Of a stretch of DNA of 64,000 nt, positions 29,928 through 39,387 are shown piece after piece. Position numbers and translations under genes: made by a program. The stretch comes from Deltaproteobacteria bacterium (GTDB lineage Bacteria; Desulfobacterota; Desulfobaccia; Desulfobaccales; 0-14-0-80-60-11): positions 12,937 through 76,936 of the forward strand of contig JAKAKP010000133.1 in assembly GCA_021813445.1 (NCBI GenBank), written 5' to 3'. A model generated the notes under the pieces. The model was not told where the DNA came from, did no database searches, and saw nothing but the letters and a program-made list of their open reading frames with translations. Each line of letters opens with the position of its first letter. The stretch's first letter is position 1.

Positions 29928-30463
29928 AAGACAGAATTGAGTTGGTGGCGAGTGGCTTTGGCGGCCAGGGGGTGGTGCGGTTGGGCCAGATCCTGGGCGA
30001 AGCCGGCGTGAAGCAGGGCCTCCGGGTCACCATGCTGAAGAGCCATGGCACAGAGATGCGGGGCGGATATGTCCGGAGCCAGGTGGTGTTGGCCAAAGAG
30101 GTGGTGGATAGCCCCATGTGTGAATGTCCCGACTATCTGGTAGCCCTGTCATCCGCGGCTTATAACCGCTTCAAGCACACCGTTCCCGATAATGGCCTGA
30201 TCATCTACGACCCGGACTTCGTGGACCAGGTCGACGATACGCTCCCCTGCGCGCAACAGGCCCTGCCGGCCAAAAAGCTGGCCATGGACAATTTCGGCAA
30301 GCCCCTGTTCAGCAATTCGGTGGTCTTAGGAGCAGTAGCCAAGCTTCTGGAAAAAGAGGGGGCCATTAAAAAAGAGGTTCTTCTGGAAAGCCTGCTGGCG
30401 ATCATTCCCAAATTCAAAGAGGAAAATAAGCAGGCCTTTGAACTCGGCTATAAATCCATTTGA
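29924..30463 (+). CDS. 2-oxoacid:ferredoxin oxidoreductase gamma subunit
   Basis: MKDRIELVASGFGGQGVV... Has an ATGA start/stop overlap with the beta subunit. Confidence 0.8.
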   Translation: MKDRIELVASGFGGQGVVRLGQILGEAGVKQGLRVTMLKSHGTEMRGGYVRSQVVLAKEVVDSPMCECPDYLVALSSAAYNRFKHTVPDNGLIIYDPDFVDQVDDTLPCAQQALPAKKLAMDNFGKPLFSNSVVLGAVAKLLEKEGAIKKEVLLESLLAIIPKFKEENKQAFELGYKSI

Positions 30464-30744
30464 AGACTTTCAAGCTCGGGCAGGGGACCGGTCTCTTTTT
30501 AGCCGAACTCGATTGGCAGGAGATGACCGGCCTCGGACCCGAGGGCAGTTTTCTCTGGTTATTCCGGCTAAAACGAACACGGTGTGCGAGGCATTCACCA
30601 TGATTTTCTGGAGTATAACTTGAAGTCCGACGTTTCTAGACCGGAAAGATTTTTTGCAGATGAAACTACGTCCTTGAGAAAAATAAGGCACTGGGAAAGC
30701 CTTCTTGGCCCTTTCCAGGTCAGACCAATTATTAGGGTGCCAAA

Positions 30745-30782
30745 AGCCAGTCTCCGAGCATCTCTGCTCAGGCTGGCTTTTT
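30745..30782 (+). terminator. Strong intrinsic terminator immediately upstream of the CoA-ligase gene
   Basis: agccag(tct)ccgagca-tctc-tgctc(a)ggctggct, about 13 bp paired, followed by ttttt. Ends about 28 nt before the ATG at 30811. Confidence 0.6.
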
Positions 30783-30810
30783 AATTCCATCAGGAAGGGG
30801 ACGGAAGCCT

Positions 30811-32331
30811 ATGCGCACGGTAAGATTTCACGTGGATCAAAAGGCCGAGTTACAGCCTGACAATGTTTTCATGTTCGCTCCAGAACCCAAGCGGCAGCTA
30901 ACCTTTGCCCAACTCAAAGATTCTTCCATCAAATTAGGGAAACAACTCTTACAGATGGGCCTGCATAAAGGGGACAAGGTCTCTTTTTTCATGGGCAACG
31001 GCTATCAGACCATGAAGATTTTTCTCGGAACCATGTATGCCGGCCTGGTCGTGGCCCCGCTCAACCTTTTGGCCCAGCCCAGCCAACTGCAATACGTTCT
31101 CGGCCACTCCGACACCAGACTGGTGTTCGTGACGGCATTGAACCGGGAGCGCCTGGAAGAGGCCTTGAAGGAGGTGCCCCGAGAGGTCAAGGTCATGGTC
31201 ATCGATAAACATGCGGAGGATATCTTTCCGCCCGCAGATCTTTCGGGATATGAATTGCCCGAAGTAATGGAGGATGATCCGGCTCTCCTGCTTTATACCT
31301 CCGGCACCACCGGACTCCCCAAGGGAGCCATTTTGACCCACAAAAATATGGTGGCCGGGGGGGAAAATGTCACCCTGGCTCACTGCCTGAAGCCAGAGGA
31401 CCGGGGGCTGGTATCCCTGGCGCTTTATCATATTAACGCCGAAATCGTCTCGGCGATGGCCCCGTTGGTGAGCGGCTCTTCCGTAGTGGTCCCGGAACGC
31501 TTTTCTGCCGGCGCGTTCTGGCCCCTCATTTCGGAATACCGGTGCACCTGGTTCTCCATCGTCCCCACTATCTGTTCCTATTTGGTGAGCGGTACCGAAA
31601 TCGAAGGCAAGGGTTACCATCTGAGCCAGATCAGGTTCGGCCGGTCGGCTTCCGCTCCCCTGCCTCCCTCCTTGCAGAAAGAGTTCGAGAAGAAATTTAA
31701 ATGCCACATTGTGGAAACCTTGGGCCTGACAGAATGCGCTGCCCCGGTATTCTCCAATCCCCTCGACCCGGCCCGGCATAAAATCGGCTCCCCCGGCCAG
31801 CCGGTGGGATGCGAAGCCAAGATCGTCGACCGCCGGGGCAATGAAGTGCCCCGCCGGACTCCCGGGGAAATTCTGATTAGAGGGGACAACGTTTTGAAGG
31901 AATACTACAAGGCTCCGGACAAAACCGCGGAGGCTCTGGAGCCGGACGGCTGGTTTCATACGGGAGACCTGGGATATATGGACGAGGATGGCTTCGTCTT
32001 TATTACCGGGCGCTTGAAGGAACTCATTATCAAAGGAGGAGAAAACATCGCCCCCCGGGAAATAGATGAGTGTTTTTATAAGCATCCCGCGATCCAGGAT
32101 GCGGCAGCGGTGGGCATACCCGACAAAAACTACGGCGAAGAGATCATGGTGTGCTTTACCACGAGACCCGGTTGCTCGGTCACCGAAGATGAGCTCAGGG
32201 AACATTGCCTGGCGCATTTGGGCAAATACAAAACTCCCAAAGTGATAGTCCAATTGGAAGAATTGCCCAAAGGCCCTTCCGGTAAGATCCAGCGGCTCAA
32301 ACTGAAGGAAATTGTGGGAATAGGCTCTTAA
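30811..32331 (+). CDS. AMP-dependent acyl/aryl-CoA ligase
   Basis: AMP-binding motif LLYTSGTTGLPKGAILTH, plus GWFHTGDLGYMDEDGFVFITGRLKELIIKGGENI and PKGPSGKIQR. Confidence 0.88.
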   Translation: MRTVRFHVDQKAELQPDNVFMFAPEPKRQLTFAQLKDSSIKLGKQLLQMGLHKGDKVSFFMGNGYQTMKIFLGTMYAGLVVAPLNLLAQPSQLQYVLGHSDTRLVFVTALNRERLEEALKEVPREVKVMVIDKHAEDIFPPADLSGYELPEVMEDDPALLLYTSGTTGLPKGAILTHKNMVAGGENVTLAHCLKPEDRGLVSLALYHINAEIVSAMAPLVSGSSVVVPERFSAGAFWPLISEYRCTWFSIVPTICSYLVSGTEIEGKGYHLSQIRFGRSASAPLPPSLQKEFEKKFKCHIVETLGLTECAAPVFSNPLDPARHKIGSPGQPVGCEAKIVDRRGNEVPRRTPGEILIRGDNVLKEYYKAPDKTAEALEPDGWFHTGDLGYMDEDGFVFITGRLKELIIKGGENIAPREIDECFYKHPAIQDAAAVGIPDKNYGEEIMVCFTTRPGCSVTEDELREHCLAHLGKYKTPKVIVQLEELPKGPSGKIQRLKLKEIVGIGS

Positions 32332-32467
32332 CATGAACGCCTGGCTGATACGAGTCCCGCCCTAACTTTGCGCCCGGCCGGGAGGCGTTCGGTCAACCTC
32401 GTTGGCAGGCAAATAAATAGAATTTCTCGGATGAACTTTACATTACGCCTGTAGTGTAGGAGGTACA

Positions 32468-33784
32468 ATGGCTAACAATCTACAAGATCCAGGTAGTGGC
32501 GCGGTTGCCAGAAGCCGGGTGATAAGCACCTCGGCGCTGACGACGATCATTTTCTGCTCTCTATATTTCCTCATGTATCTTGACCGCGTAAACATTTCCA
32601 TGGCCGCCAAAGCGATACTCAAGGATTTTAAACTGACCCACGTTGAACTTGGACTCGCGTTCTCGGCCTTTTCCTGGCCTTATCTGGTCGGACAATGGGT
32701 TGGCGGCTGGTCGGCCAATAAAATCGGGGCTAAACTCTCCCTGGCCCTTTGTGTCCTGGTGGCGGGAGTGGCAACTTTCTTCAGCGGCCTCACGGTCGGG
32801 TTGGCAACCTTATTCGCAGCCCGGTTGTTCGTGGGCATCGGTGAAGGTCCGGTCTTTTCCGCGGCGACCCAGGGGATGAAGCATTGGTATTCCGGAAAAC
32901 GGTATGGCTATATTCAGGGGATAACTCATGCCGCGGCCCGGTTTGGAGGGGCCGTAGCGCCTCTCATTGTCGCCTGGTGCATTGCCCTGTCCGGCTGGCG
33001 CCTCTCGTTTTTCGTCTGCGGTTTCATAACCCTGGTCTGGATGGTCTTCTGGTGGTTTAACTTTTACGAAGATCCCCGGGACCATCCCCATATCACCGAA
33101 GCCGAAGTGGCTGAATTAGTTCCTCCCACCGCCGGGGTCCGCCATGCCCGCACTCCCTGGTGGCCTTTGATCAAACGCATCTTTCCGGTGACCCTGGTGG
33201 ATTTTGCCTATGGTTGGATGCTCTGGGTCTTTATTTCCTGGATTCCCCTTTATTTCATGACCCGCTTTCATCTGAACATAAAATCTTCGGCCATGAATAC
33301 GGCCATCACCCTCATCGGCGGCGTTATCGGCGATACCCTGGGTGGAGTTGCCTCCGACTGGCTGCTGGAAAAAACCGGCAACAAACTCATTGCCCGCAAT
33401 GCCTTCATCGCCGTCTGCCTGGTGCTTTCCGGCGGTTTCCTGGCAGCCACCATGTTTACCAATAATATGGCCCTGGTTACCTTTTTGCTTTTTGCCACCT
33501 TCTTCTGCTCTGAGGCCGTGTGTGGACCCATCTGGGCCGTCCCCATGGACATCACCCATGAATACGCCGGTATCGGCGGCGGCATCATGAATTCCGGGTT
33601 CGCCATCGCCGGAGTGGTGTCCCCCATCGTCTTCGGCTGGGTGATCGATCGCTTTAAGAGCTTTTACGTCTCTTTCTGGGTTACAGTGGGGATTTGTGTC
33701 GTGGGCGCCCTCCTGACCATTTTCATGCGGCCCGATCGGCCTTTCATCCCCCCGAAAGAGGTCCTGGAAAGCAAGGCCTCATAA
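32468..33784 (+). CDS. MFS transporter (anion:cation symporter-like)
   Basis: 12 TM segments. LMYLDRVNISMAA and GWSANKIGAK motifs are typical of ACS-type MFS carboxylate transporters. Confidence 0.8.
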   Translation: MANNLQDPGSGAVARSRVISTSALTTIIFCSLYFLMYLDRVNISMAAKAILKDFKLTHVELGLAFSAFSWPYLVGQWVGGWSANKIGAKLSLALCVLVAGVATFFSGLTVGLATLFAARLFVGIGEGPVFSAATQGMKHWYSGKRYGYIQGITHAAARFGGAVAPLIVAWCIALSGWRLSFFVCGFITLVWMVFWWFNFYEDPRDHPHITEAEVAELVPPTAGVRHARTPWWPLIKRIFPVTLVDFAYGWMLWVFISWIPLYFMTRFHLNIKSSAMNTAITLIGGVIGDTLGGVASDWLLEKTGNKLIARNAFIAVCLVLSGGFLAATMFTNNMALVTFLLFATFFCSEAVCGPIWAVPMDITHEYAGIGGGIMNSGFAIAGVVSPIVFGWVIDRFKSFYVSFWVTVGICVVGALLTIFMRPDRPFIPPKEVLESKAS

Positions 33785-33861
33785 CATGGGGCACCTGAGC
33801 CTCGACAACCCGCCGATGGCCTGAAACTTCAGGCCATCGGCGCTAATTATAAGAGAATATA

Positions 33862-35091
33862 ATGGATAATCTTTTTCGCCAGATAGCCGCGGAGGAGTGG
33901 GTTGATGAAGAAATCTTGAGGAGCAATTTTGATCTCGGGAAAGTTGCGATCCTCAAGGCTTCTCCTGGGGGCAAAGCCATTGGGGTGGGTGAAAATCTGC
34001 GCGTCAAAGTTAACGCCAATCTGGGGACTTCGGGCGACATACACGACGAAGAGGTGGAAATCCGCAAACTCCAGGCCGCGGTTAAGGCAGGTGCGGATAC
34101 GATCATGGACCTGTCCACCGGAGGCAATCTCCGCTCCATAAGGCGCAAATTCCTGGAGAATTCTCCGGTGCCGGTCGGGTCCGTGCCGATCTACGAAGCG
34201 ATGGTGGAGGCCGGGAGAAGAAGCAAAACCGAAAAAATGCAGCCCGAGGAGATGCTCGACGCCATCCGGCTCCATGGAGAGGACGGCATCAGCTTCGTTA
34301 CCGTGCATTGCGGCGTCACCATGTCGGCGCTGGAGCACCTGGCTCAAAGACCCCGGGTCTGCGGCATTGTCAGCCGGGGCGGCAGCTTCCTGGCCCGCTG
34401 GATGCGGGTCAATAATAAGGAAAACCCCCTTTTTGAGCGCTTTGACGAAGTCCTGGCAATCTGCCAGCACTATGGCCTGGTCCTGAGTCTCGGAGATGGG
34501 CTCAGACCCGGGGCCCTGGCTGACGCCCTGGATGCGGCCCAATTAAAGGAATTGATGACCCTGGGCGATTTGGCGCGCCGGGCCAGAAGAGCGGGGGTGC
34601 AGGTGATCATCGAAGGTCCCGGCCATGTCCCCATGGATCAGATTCCGGCCCAGGTGCAATTGCAGAAAAGCATCTGCGCCGGGGCGCCGTTTTATGTCTT
34701 GGGGCCATTGGTGACGGATATTGCCCCCGGATTGGACCACATCACCGCGGCCATCGGCGGGGCCATCGCCGCGGCCGCGGGGGCGGACTTTCTCTGCTAT
34801 GTCACCCCTTCGGAGCATCTGGGCCTGCCGGATGAGCAAGACGTGCGGCTGGGGGTCCTCGCAGCCCGCATCGCCGCCCATGCGGCTGACCTGGCGCGCC
34901 GTCAGCCCGGCGCCTGGCAATGGGATGAGGAAATGAGCCGCGCCAGAAAAAAGTGCGCCTGGGGTGAGCAGATAAGGATGGCCCTGGACCCCGCCCTGGC
35001 CCGGGAAATACGCGGCCGCACCTGCCGGGTGGATCAGGAAACGTGCACCATGTGCGGGGAACTCTGCGCTTACAAAACCGACTCCGCCTGA
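33862..35091 (+). CDS. thiC: Phosphomethylpyrimidine synthase ThiC, short form (a BzaF-type paralog cannot be excluded)
   Basis: NANLGTS, DTIMDLSTGG, FVTVHCG, LSLGDGLRPG, EGPGHVP and C-terminal CTMCGELCAYK. The thiG/thiH neighbours favour ThiC. Confidence 0.8.
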   Translation: MDNLFRQIAAEEWVDEEILRSNFDLGKVAILKASPGGKAIGVGENLRVKVNANLGTSGDIHDEEVEIRKLQAAVKAGADTIMDLSTGGNLRSIRRKFLENSPVPVGSVPIYEAMVEAGRRSKTEKMQPEEMLDAIRLHGEDGISFVTVHCGVTMSALEHLAQRPRVCGIVSRGGSFLARWMRVNNKENPLFERFDEVLAICQHYGLVLSLGDGLRPGALADALDAAQLKELMTLGDLARRARRAGVQVIIEGPGHVPMDQIPAQVQLQKSICAGAPFYVLGPLVTDIAPGLDHITAAIGGAIAAAAGADFLCYVTPSEHLGLPDEQDVRLGVLAARIAAHAADLARRQPGAWQWDEEMSRARKKCAWGEQIRMALDPALAREIRGRTCRVDQETCTMCGELCAYKTDSA

Positions 35092-35270
35092 ATTAGGGTT
35101 TAAAAGTTTATTTTTGTATAATTATCTAAGGATTAACCATGGCGGCAAACTATCCACAGATCATTCGTGCTCCGCGGCCTGGGCCACCTCCAAGGCTTAC
35201 CTCCACTTTTTGTAAGTGATCTTGTGCCAATCCCGGCAAAACGGTTATTCATGGAGATAAAAGAGCGTCG

Positions 35271-36098
35271 ATGTCCCCGAATGCACCTGTGAAGAAGCAT
35301 TTTCCAGCCGGGCAAGATGAAGGGCGGGATGATCCGTTGATCATCGCCGGGCGGCGATTTGGTTCCCGTCTGATGGTGGGCACGGGGAAATTTTCCACAG
35401 CAAAAGTGTTGCACGCGGTGCTGCAAAATTCCGGAGCCGCAATAGTAACGGTGGCTTTGCGCCGCGTCGACCTGGGAAAATGGGGCAATGACAGCATCTT
35501 ATCGGTGCTGGACCCCGCGCAGCATCTCATTTTGCCAAATACCTCTGGAGCCCGCAATGCCGAGGAAGCCGTGCGCCTGGCCAGGATGGCCCGGGCCATG
35601 GGGCTTGAACCCTGGGTGAAACTGGAGCTTACCCCTGAGCCGCGCTATCTCCTGCCTGACCCCCTGGAGACCCTCAAGGCCGCCGCGAAGATGCTCCAGG
35701 AAGGGTTTGTGGTCCTGCCCTATATTCAGCCTGATCCCATCCTGGCCAAGCGCCTGGAAGAACTTGGCGCCGCCACGGTTATGCCTTTGGGGGCGCCCAT
35801 TGGCAGCAACCGCGGTCTGCGAACCCGGGACCTGATACAGATTATCATTGAGCAGGCGAAAGTCCCGGTAGTGGTTGATGCCGGCCTGGGCGCGCCCTCC
35901 CACGCGGCCGAGGCCATGGAACTGGGAGCCGACGCGGTGCTGGTGAATACCGCCCTGGCCGATGCCGCCGACCCGGCTAAGATGGCCGCGGCTTTCGCCT
36001 TGGGGGTCGAAGCCGGACGCAAAGCTTATCTTGCCGGGTTAGGACCTCTACGGCATGTCGCCGCCGCGTCCTCGCCCCTGACCGGCTTTCTGAAATAG
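35271..36098 (+). CDS. thiG: Thiazole synthase
   Basis: [28 protein letters not shown] and [14 protein letters not shown]. Confidence 0.9.
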   Translation: MSPNAPVKKHFPAGQDEGRDDPLIIAGRRFGSRLMVGTGKFSTAKVLHAVLQNSGAAIVTVALRRVDLGKWGNDSILSVLDPAQHLILPNTSGARNAEEAVRLARMARAMGLEPWVKLELTPEPRYLLPDPLETLKAAAKMLQEGFVVLPYIQPDPILAKRLEELGAATVMPLGAPIGSNRGLRTRDLIQIIIEQAKVPVVVDAGLGAPSHAAEAMELGADAVLVNTALADAADPAKMAAAFALGVEAGRKAYLAGLGPLRHVAAASSPLTGFLK

Positions 36099-36116
36099 CT
36101 TTATGGAGAGAATATT

Positions 36117-37298
36117 TTGTCTTTTTCCCAACGACTGGAATTATGGCCTGAAGGCCGCATACGAAACCTGATCCAGCAAGCGACCTTTGAGGATGTCACC
36201 CGCGCCCTGACCCGCGAGCGGCTGACAGGCGAAGACCTGGCGGCTCTACTATCGCCCGCCGCGAGCTCCCGCCTCGAAGAAATGGCCCAGGCGGCTCTGA
36301 GCCAAACCCGGCGTTATTTCGGACGGGTAATCGGCCTGTATGCCCCGATTTACCTCTCCAATGTCTGTACGTCCGACTGCATCTATTGCGGTTATGCCAA
36401 GCGGTCCGGGAGCCCGGGCCTGAGGCTCACTCTGAAGCCGGCCGAGATCCACACCGAGTGCAGGCTGCTTGCGGAATACGGCTTTCAAAATATCCTGCTG
36501 CTCACCGGTGACGCCCCCCATATTGCACCGCCGCGATACTTGGTTGAGGCGGTGGACCTAGCCCGGGAGTACTTCTCCTCGGTTTCAGTGGAAGTCTATG
36601 CCCTGGACCAGGAGGACTACCGGCAATTGGTGGCTGCGGGCCTGGAAGGGGTGACCCTCTATATGGAAACTTATCACCGCGACACTTACTCCCGGGTGCA
36701 TTTGTGCGGGAGGAAGAGAGACTACGAGTATCGCCTGGGAGCCATTGAACGGGCGGGCCGCGCCGGCGCCCGCCGGCTTGGCATTGGCGCCCTTTTGGGC
36801 CTCTATGATTGGCAGGTCGATGGGTTTTGGACGGCCTTGCACGCCAGATACCTGCAAAGGGAATGCTGGCAAAGCGCCATCTCGGTTTCCTTTCCCCGAC
36901 TGAAGGTTTCCACCCCGCGCTTCACGGTGCCGCACCTTCTGACCGACCGGGAGTTCGTCCAATTAATGCTGGCGACCCGCCTTTTCTTGCCCGAAGCCGG
37001 CATCAACCTGTCCACCCGGGAACCGGCTGATTTACGCAATGGCTTGATCCCGCTGGGGGTAACCATGATAAGTGCAGGCTCCTCCACGCGTCCGGGTGGC
37101 TATTCCCAAGACCGCGCCAACATCCTGGAACAATTCGCCACGGTTGACAACCGCACCCCGGCAGAGGTGACGGAAGCTATTCGCCGGGCAGGATACGAAC
37201 CGGTCTGGAAGGATTTTGACAAAGCCTTCCATGATAATGTCTTACCTATAGCCAGATCCCCGGTACATGGGGATTCGGCATGCGCCCCACACCAATGA
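36117..37298 (+). CDS. thiH: 2-iminoacetate synthase (tyrosine lyase, radical SAM)
   Basis: Radical-SAM CTSDCIYCGY motif and length match ThiH. TTG start with ggagag RBS. Confidence 0.85.
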   Translation: MSFSQRLELWPEGRIRNLIQQATFEDVTRALTRERLTGEDLAALLSPAASSRLEEMAQAALSQTRRYFGRVIGLYAPIYLSNVCTSDCIYCGYAKRSGSPGLRLTLKPAEIHTECRLLAEYGFQNILLLTGDAPHIAPPRYLVEAVDLAREYFSSVSVEVYALDQEDYRQLVAAGLEGVTLYMETYHRDTYSRVHLCGRKRDYEYRLGAIERAGRAGARRLGIGALLGLYDWQVDGFWTALHARYLQRECWQSAISVSFPRLKVSTPRFTVPHLLTDREFVQLMLATRLFLPEAGINLSTREPADLRNGLIPLGVTMISAGSSTRPGGYSQDRANILEQFATVDNRTPAEVTEAIRRAGYEPVWKDFDKAFHDNVLPIARSPVHGDSACAPHQ

Positions 37299-37362
37299 GC
37301 AATCTCACGTAGCTGGAGCAGGCGCAGTTTTTTTAATTTATTTTAAGAAACCGGGAGGGCCC

Positions 37363-38028
37363 ATGGAACTTTTAGATGGCTTGACTACTAGAAGAAGCAT
37401 ACGGGCATTTATCGGCCAGCCGTTACCCAGGGACCTGATAATAATGGTACTGGATGCCGCTCGCTGGTCTCCTTCCTGGGGGAATACCCAACCCTGGGAA
37501 CTGGTGGTGGTGGAGGGAGAAAAGGTGAAGCAGCTCACCCAGGAATTGGTGGCCGCATTTGCAGGGAAAGTGCCTCCCAATCCCGATGTGCCCATGCTCC
37601 AAACCTTTCCTGATGATTACAAAGCCCGCTACACGGCCTGTGCCGCCGGCCTGTTTGGAACCATGGGGATCGCCCGGGATGACAAGGCGAGCCGTTGGGC
37701 CCACATGGTAAAGATGACCGGAGCCTTCGGGGCGCCGGTCATCATCTATGTCATTTTCAATGCCGAACTGGGCGAACCTTACACCATGTTTGACCTGGGG
37801 GCTTTCACTTACAGCATCTGCCTGGGAGCGCACGCCCTGGGTCTGGGGACCTGCATCGAAGCCCAGTTGGCCCGCTATCCCGACTTGGTGCGGAAACACC
37901 TCAATCTCCCCGCATCCCACAAAGTCGCGGTGGGCATTGCCTTAGGGTATCCCGACCCCCTAGCCCCGGCCAACGCTTTCCGCACTGACCGGGAGCCATT
38001 GGCGAAATTTGTGCGTTGGGTGGCCTAG
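37363..38028 (+). CDS. Nitroreductase-family protein
   Basis: TTRRSIRAF...AARWSPSWGNTQPWELVVV. Start taken at the Met after RBS gggaggg (the ORF track starts at 37267). Confidence 0.8.
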   Translation: MELLDGLTTRRSIRAFIGQPLPRDLIIMVLDAARWSPSWGNTQPWELVVVEGEKVKQLTQELVAAFAGKVPPNPDVPMLQTFPDDYKARYTACAAGLFGTMGIARDDKASRWAHMVKMTGAFGAPVIIYVIFNAELGEPYTMFDLGAFTYSICLGAHALGLGTCIEAQLARYPDLVRKHLNLPASHKVAVGIALGYPDPLAPANAFRTDREPLAKFVRWVA

Positions 38029-38100
38029 CAGTCAGAAATTTTGGAGGTGAGTCTCGACCTTGGTCATCTGGTGCCAAAGTCTCAGGGCCGGGAGAATATA

Positions 38101-38529
38101 ATGTCCAAAAATAATTGTATCTTTTGTCAGATTGCGGCAGGACAGGCATCTGCGGTGCGCGTATGGGAAACGGAGCGGGTGTTGGCATTTTTAGATGTGG
38201 TTCCGGTGCATTTGGGGCATACCCTGATCATCCCGAAATCACATTATGAAAATTTCCTGGATCTTCCCGATGATCTGTGGCTGGAAATGGATCAAGTGAG
38301 CCGCAAGGTGGCTCAGGCTTTGTTGCAGGTCCTTAAGGCCCAGGGATTCAATTTAGGGATGAATAATTTTGCCGCCGCGGGGCAGATAGTGTTTCATGCC
38401 CATATCCACGTAATCCCCCGTTATCTCGGCGACGGTTTGCACCTTATTCCCCAGGAAAAGAAAAAATATCAGGGCGAGGAAATGGTCCAAGTCGGCCACA
38501 AGCTTGGGGAGGCCTTAGCCAACCTCTAA
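38101..38529 (+). CDS. HIT-family (histidine triad) protein
   Basis: CIFCQI...VPVHLGHTLIIPK...HAHIHVIPR histidine-triad motif. Confidence 0.85.
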   Translation: MSKNNCIFCQIAAGQASAVRVWETERVLAFLDVVPVHLGHTLIIPKSHYENFLDLPDDLWLEMDQVSRKVAQALLQVLKAQGFNLGMNNFAAAGQIVFHAHIHVIPRYLGDGLHLIPQEKKKYQGEEMVQVGHKLGEALANL

Positions 38530-38566
38530 TCAAAGGGGCAAAAGCCGGAAACAAGTTTTTTGTCGT

Positions 38567-39310
38567 ATGCTTCTAAATCACTTAAACAATTATTTCCTGG
38601 TCGGCCTGATCATCGCCTTCGCCGGTTTTACCCAGGGCTTTTCCGGCTTTGGTGCGGTGCTGGTCTCCCTGCCGTGCCTGGCCTTCTTGCTCCCCATCAA
38701 AACTGTAGTACCGCTGGTAAACCTCATGTCCTGCTGTATCAACCTGATACTCATTGTCCAACTGCGCCGCCACTTGCAGTGGCCGAAGATTATCCCTTTG
38801 CTGCTCGCCTCATTCCTCGGCATCCCCCTGGGGGTTTATTTCTTAAAGGCCGTGGCCCCATGGAAGTTGGAACTTCTGCTGGGAGCGGTGCTCATCAGTT
38901 TTCCCTTTTATTCCCGCTATACCAGGATGGACGACCGGTGCATCCATTCCGGGTGGGCCTATCTGGCAGGATTTTGTTCGGGTTGCCTCGGTGGCAGTCT
39001 GGGCACGAATGGCCCCCCTATCATTATCTATACCGCGTTGCAATCCTGGGATAAGGATGAGATGAAAGCCACCCTGGTAGGCTTTTTCTTCATCGCCCAC
39101 CTGGGTGCGGTCATATTTCAGACTTTCAGCGGTCTGGTCACGGCTAAGGTAGTGACGATGGTTTTCGCGTCTCTCCCCTTTCTGGCTTTAGGAGCATTGA
39201 GCGGGTCTTTTTGTTATACGAAAACCGCCTCTGAAACTTACAAAAAGGCAATCACTATCATGCTCTTTGCCATAGGCCTTTTTCTTATGGGCAAGGCGGC
39301 CCTGGAGTGA
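38567..39310 (+). CDS. TauE/SafE (DUF81) sulfite/anion exporter family membrane protein
   Basis: About 8 TM helices and the FTQGFSGFGAVLV motif. Confidence 0.75.
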   Translation: MLLNHLNNYFLVGLIIAFAGFTQGFSGFGAVLVSLPCLAFLLPIKTVVPLVNLMSCCINLILIVQLRRHLQWPKIIPLLLASFLGIPLGVYFLKAVAPWKLELLLGAVLISFPFYSRYTRMDDRCIHSGWAYLAGFCSGCLGGSLGTNGPPIIIYTALQSWDKDEMKATLVGFFFIAHLGAVIFQTFSGLVTAKVVTMVFASLPFLALGALSGSFCYTKTASETYKKAITIMLFAIGLFLMGKAALE

Positions 39311-39387
39311 GCTTGCCGTTGCCGGAGTGAGTAAATTGCCCGATAACTGCTGGTCCCTCGGGAGCCGCAAATATCTAATTTTGCGGG

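Noticed and set aside
33785-33861. TPP riboswitch upstream of thiC, and in the thiC-thiG spacer at 35092-35270.
   Set aside because: The conserved CUGAGA and ACCUGAUCUGGAUAAUGCCAGCG-type cores are absent. The upstream region is too short and holds only a simple hairpin.
35092-35270. A small ORF (MAANYPQIIRAPRPGPPPRLTSTFCK*) considered as a possible thiS.
   Set aside because: It is too short, lacks the C-terminal GG, and has no ubiquitin-like beta-grasp pattern.
38560-39054. 164-aa ORF overlapping the TauE/SafE gene in another frame.
   Set aside because: The 38567-39310 frame encodes a coherent multi-TM DUF81 protein. The alternative frame is Pro/Arg/Gly-rich with no features.
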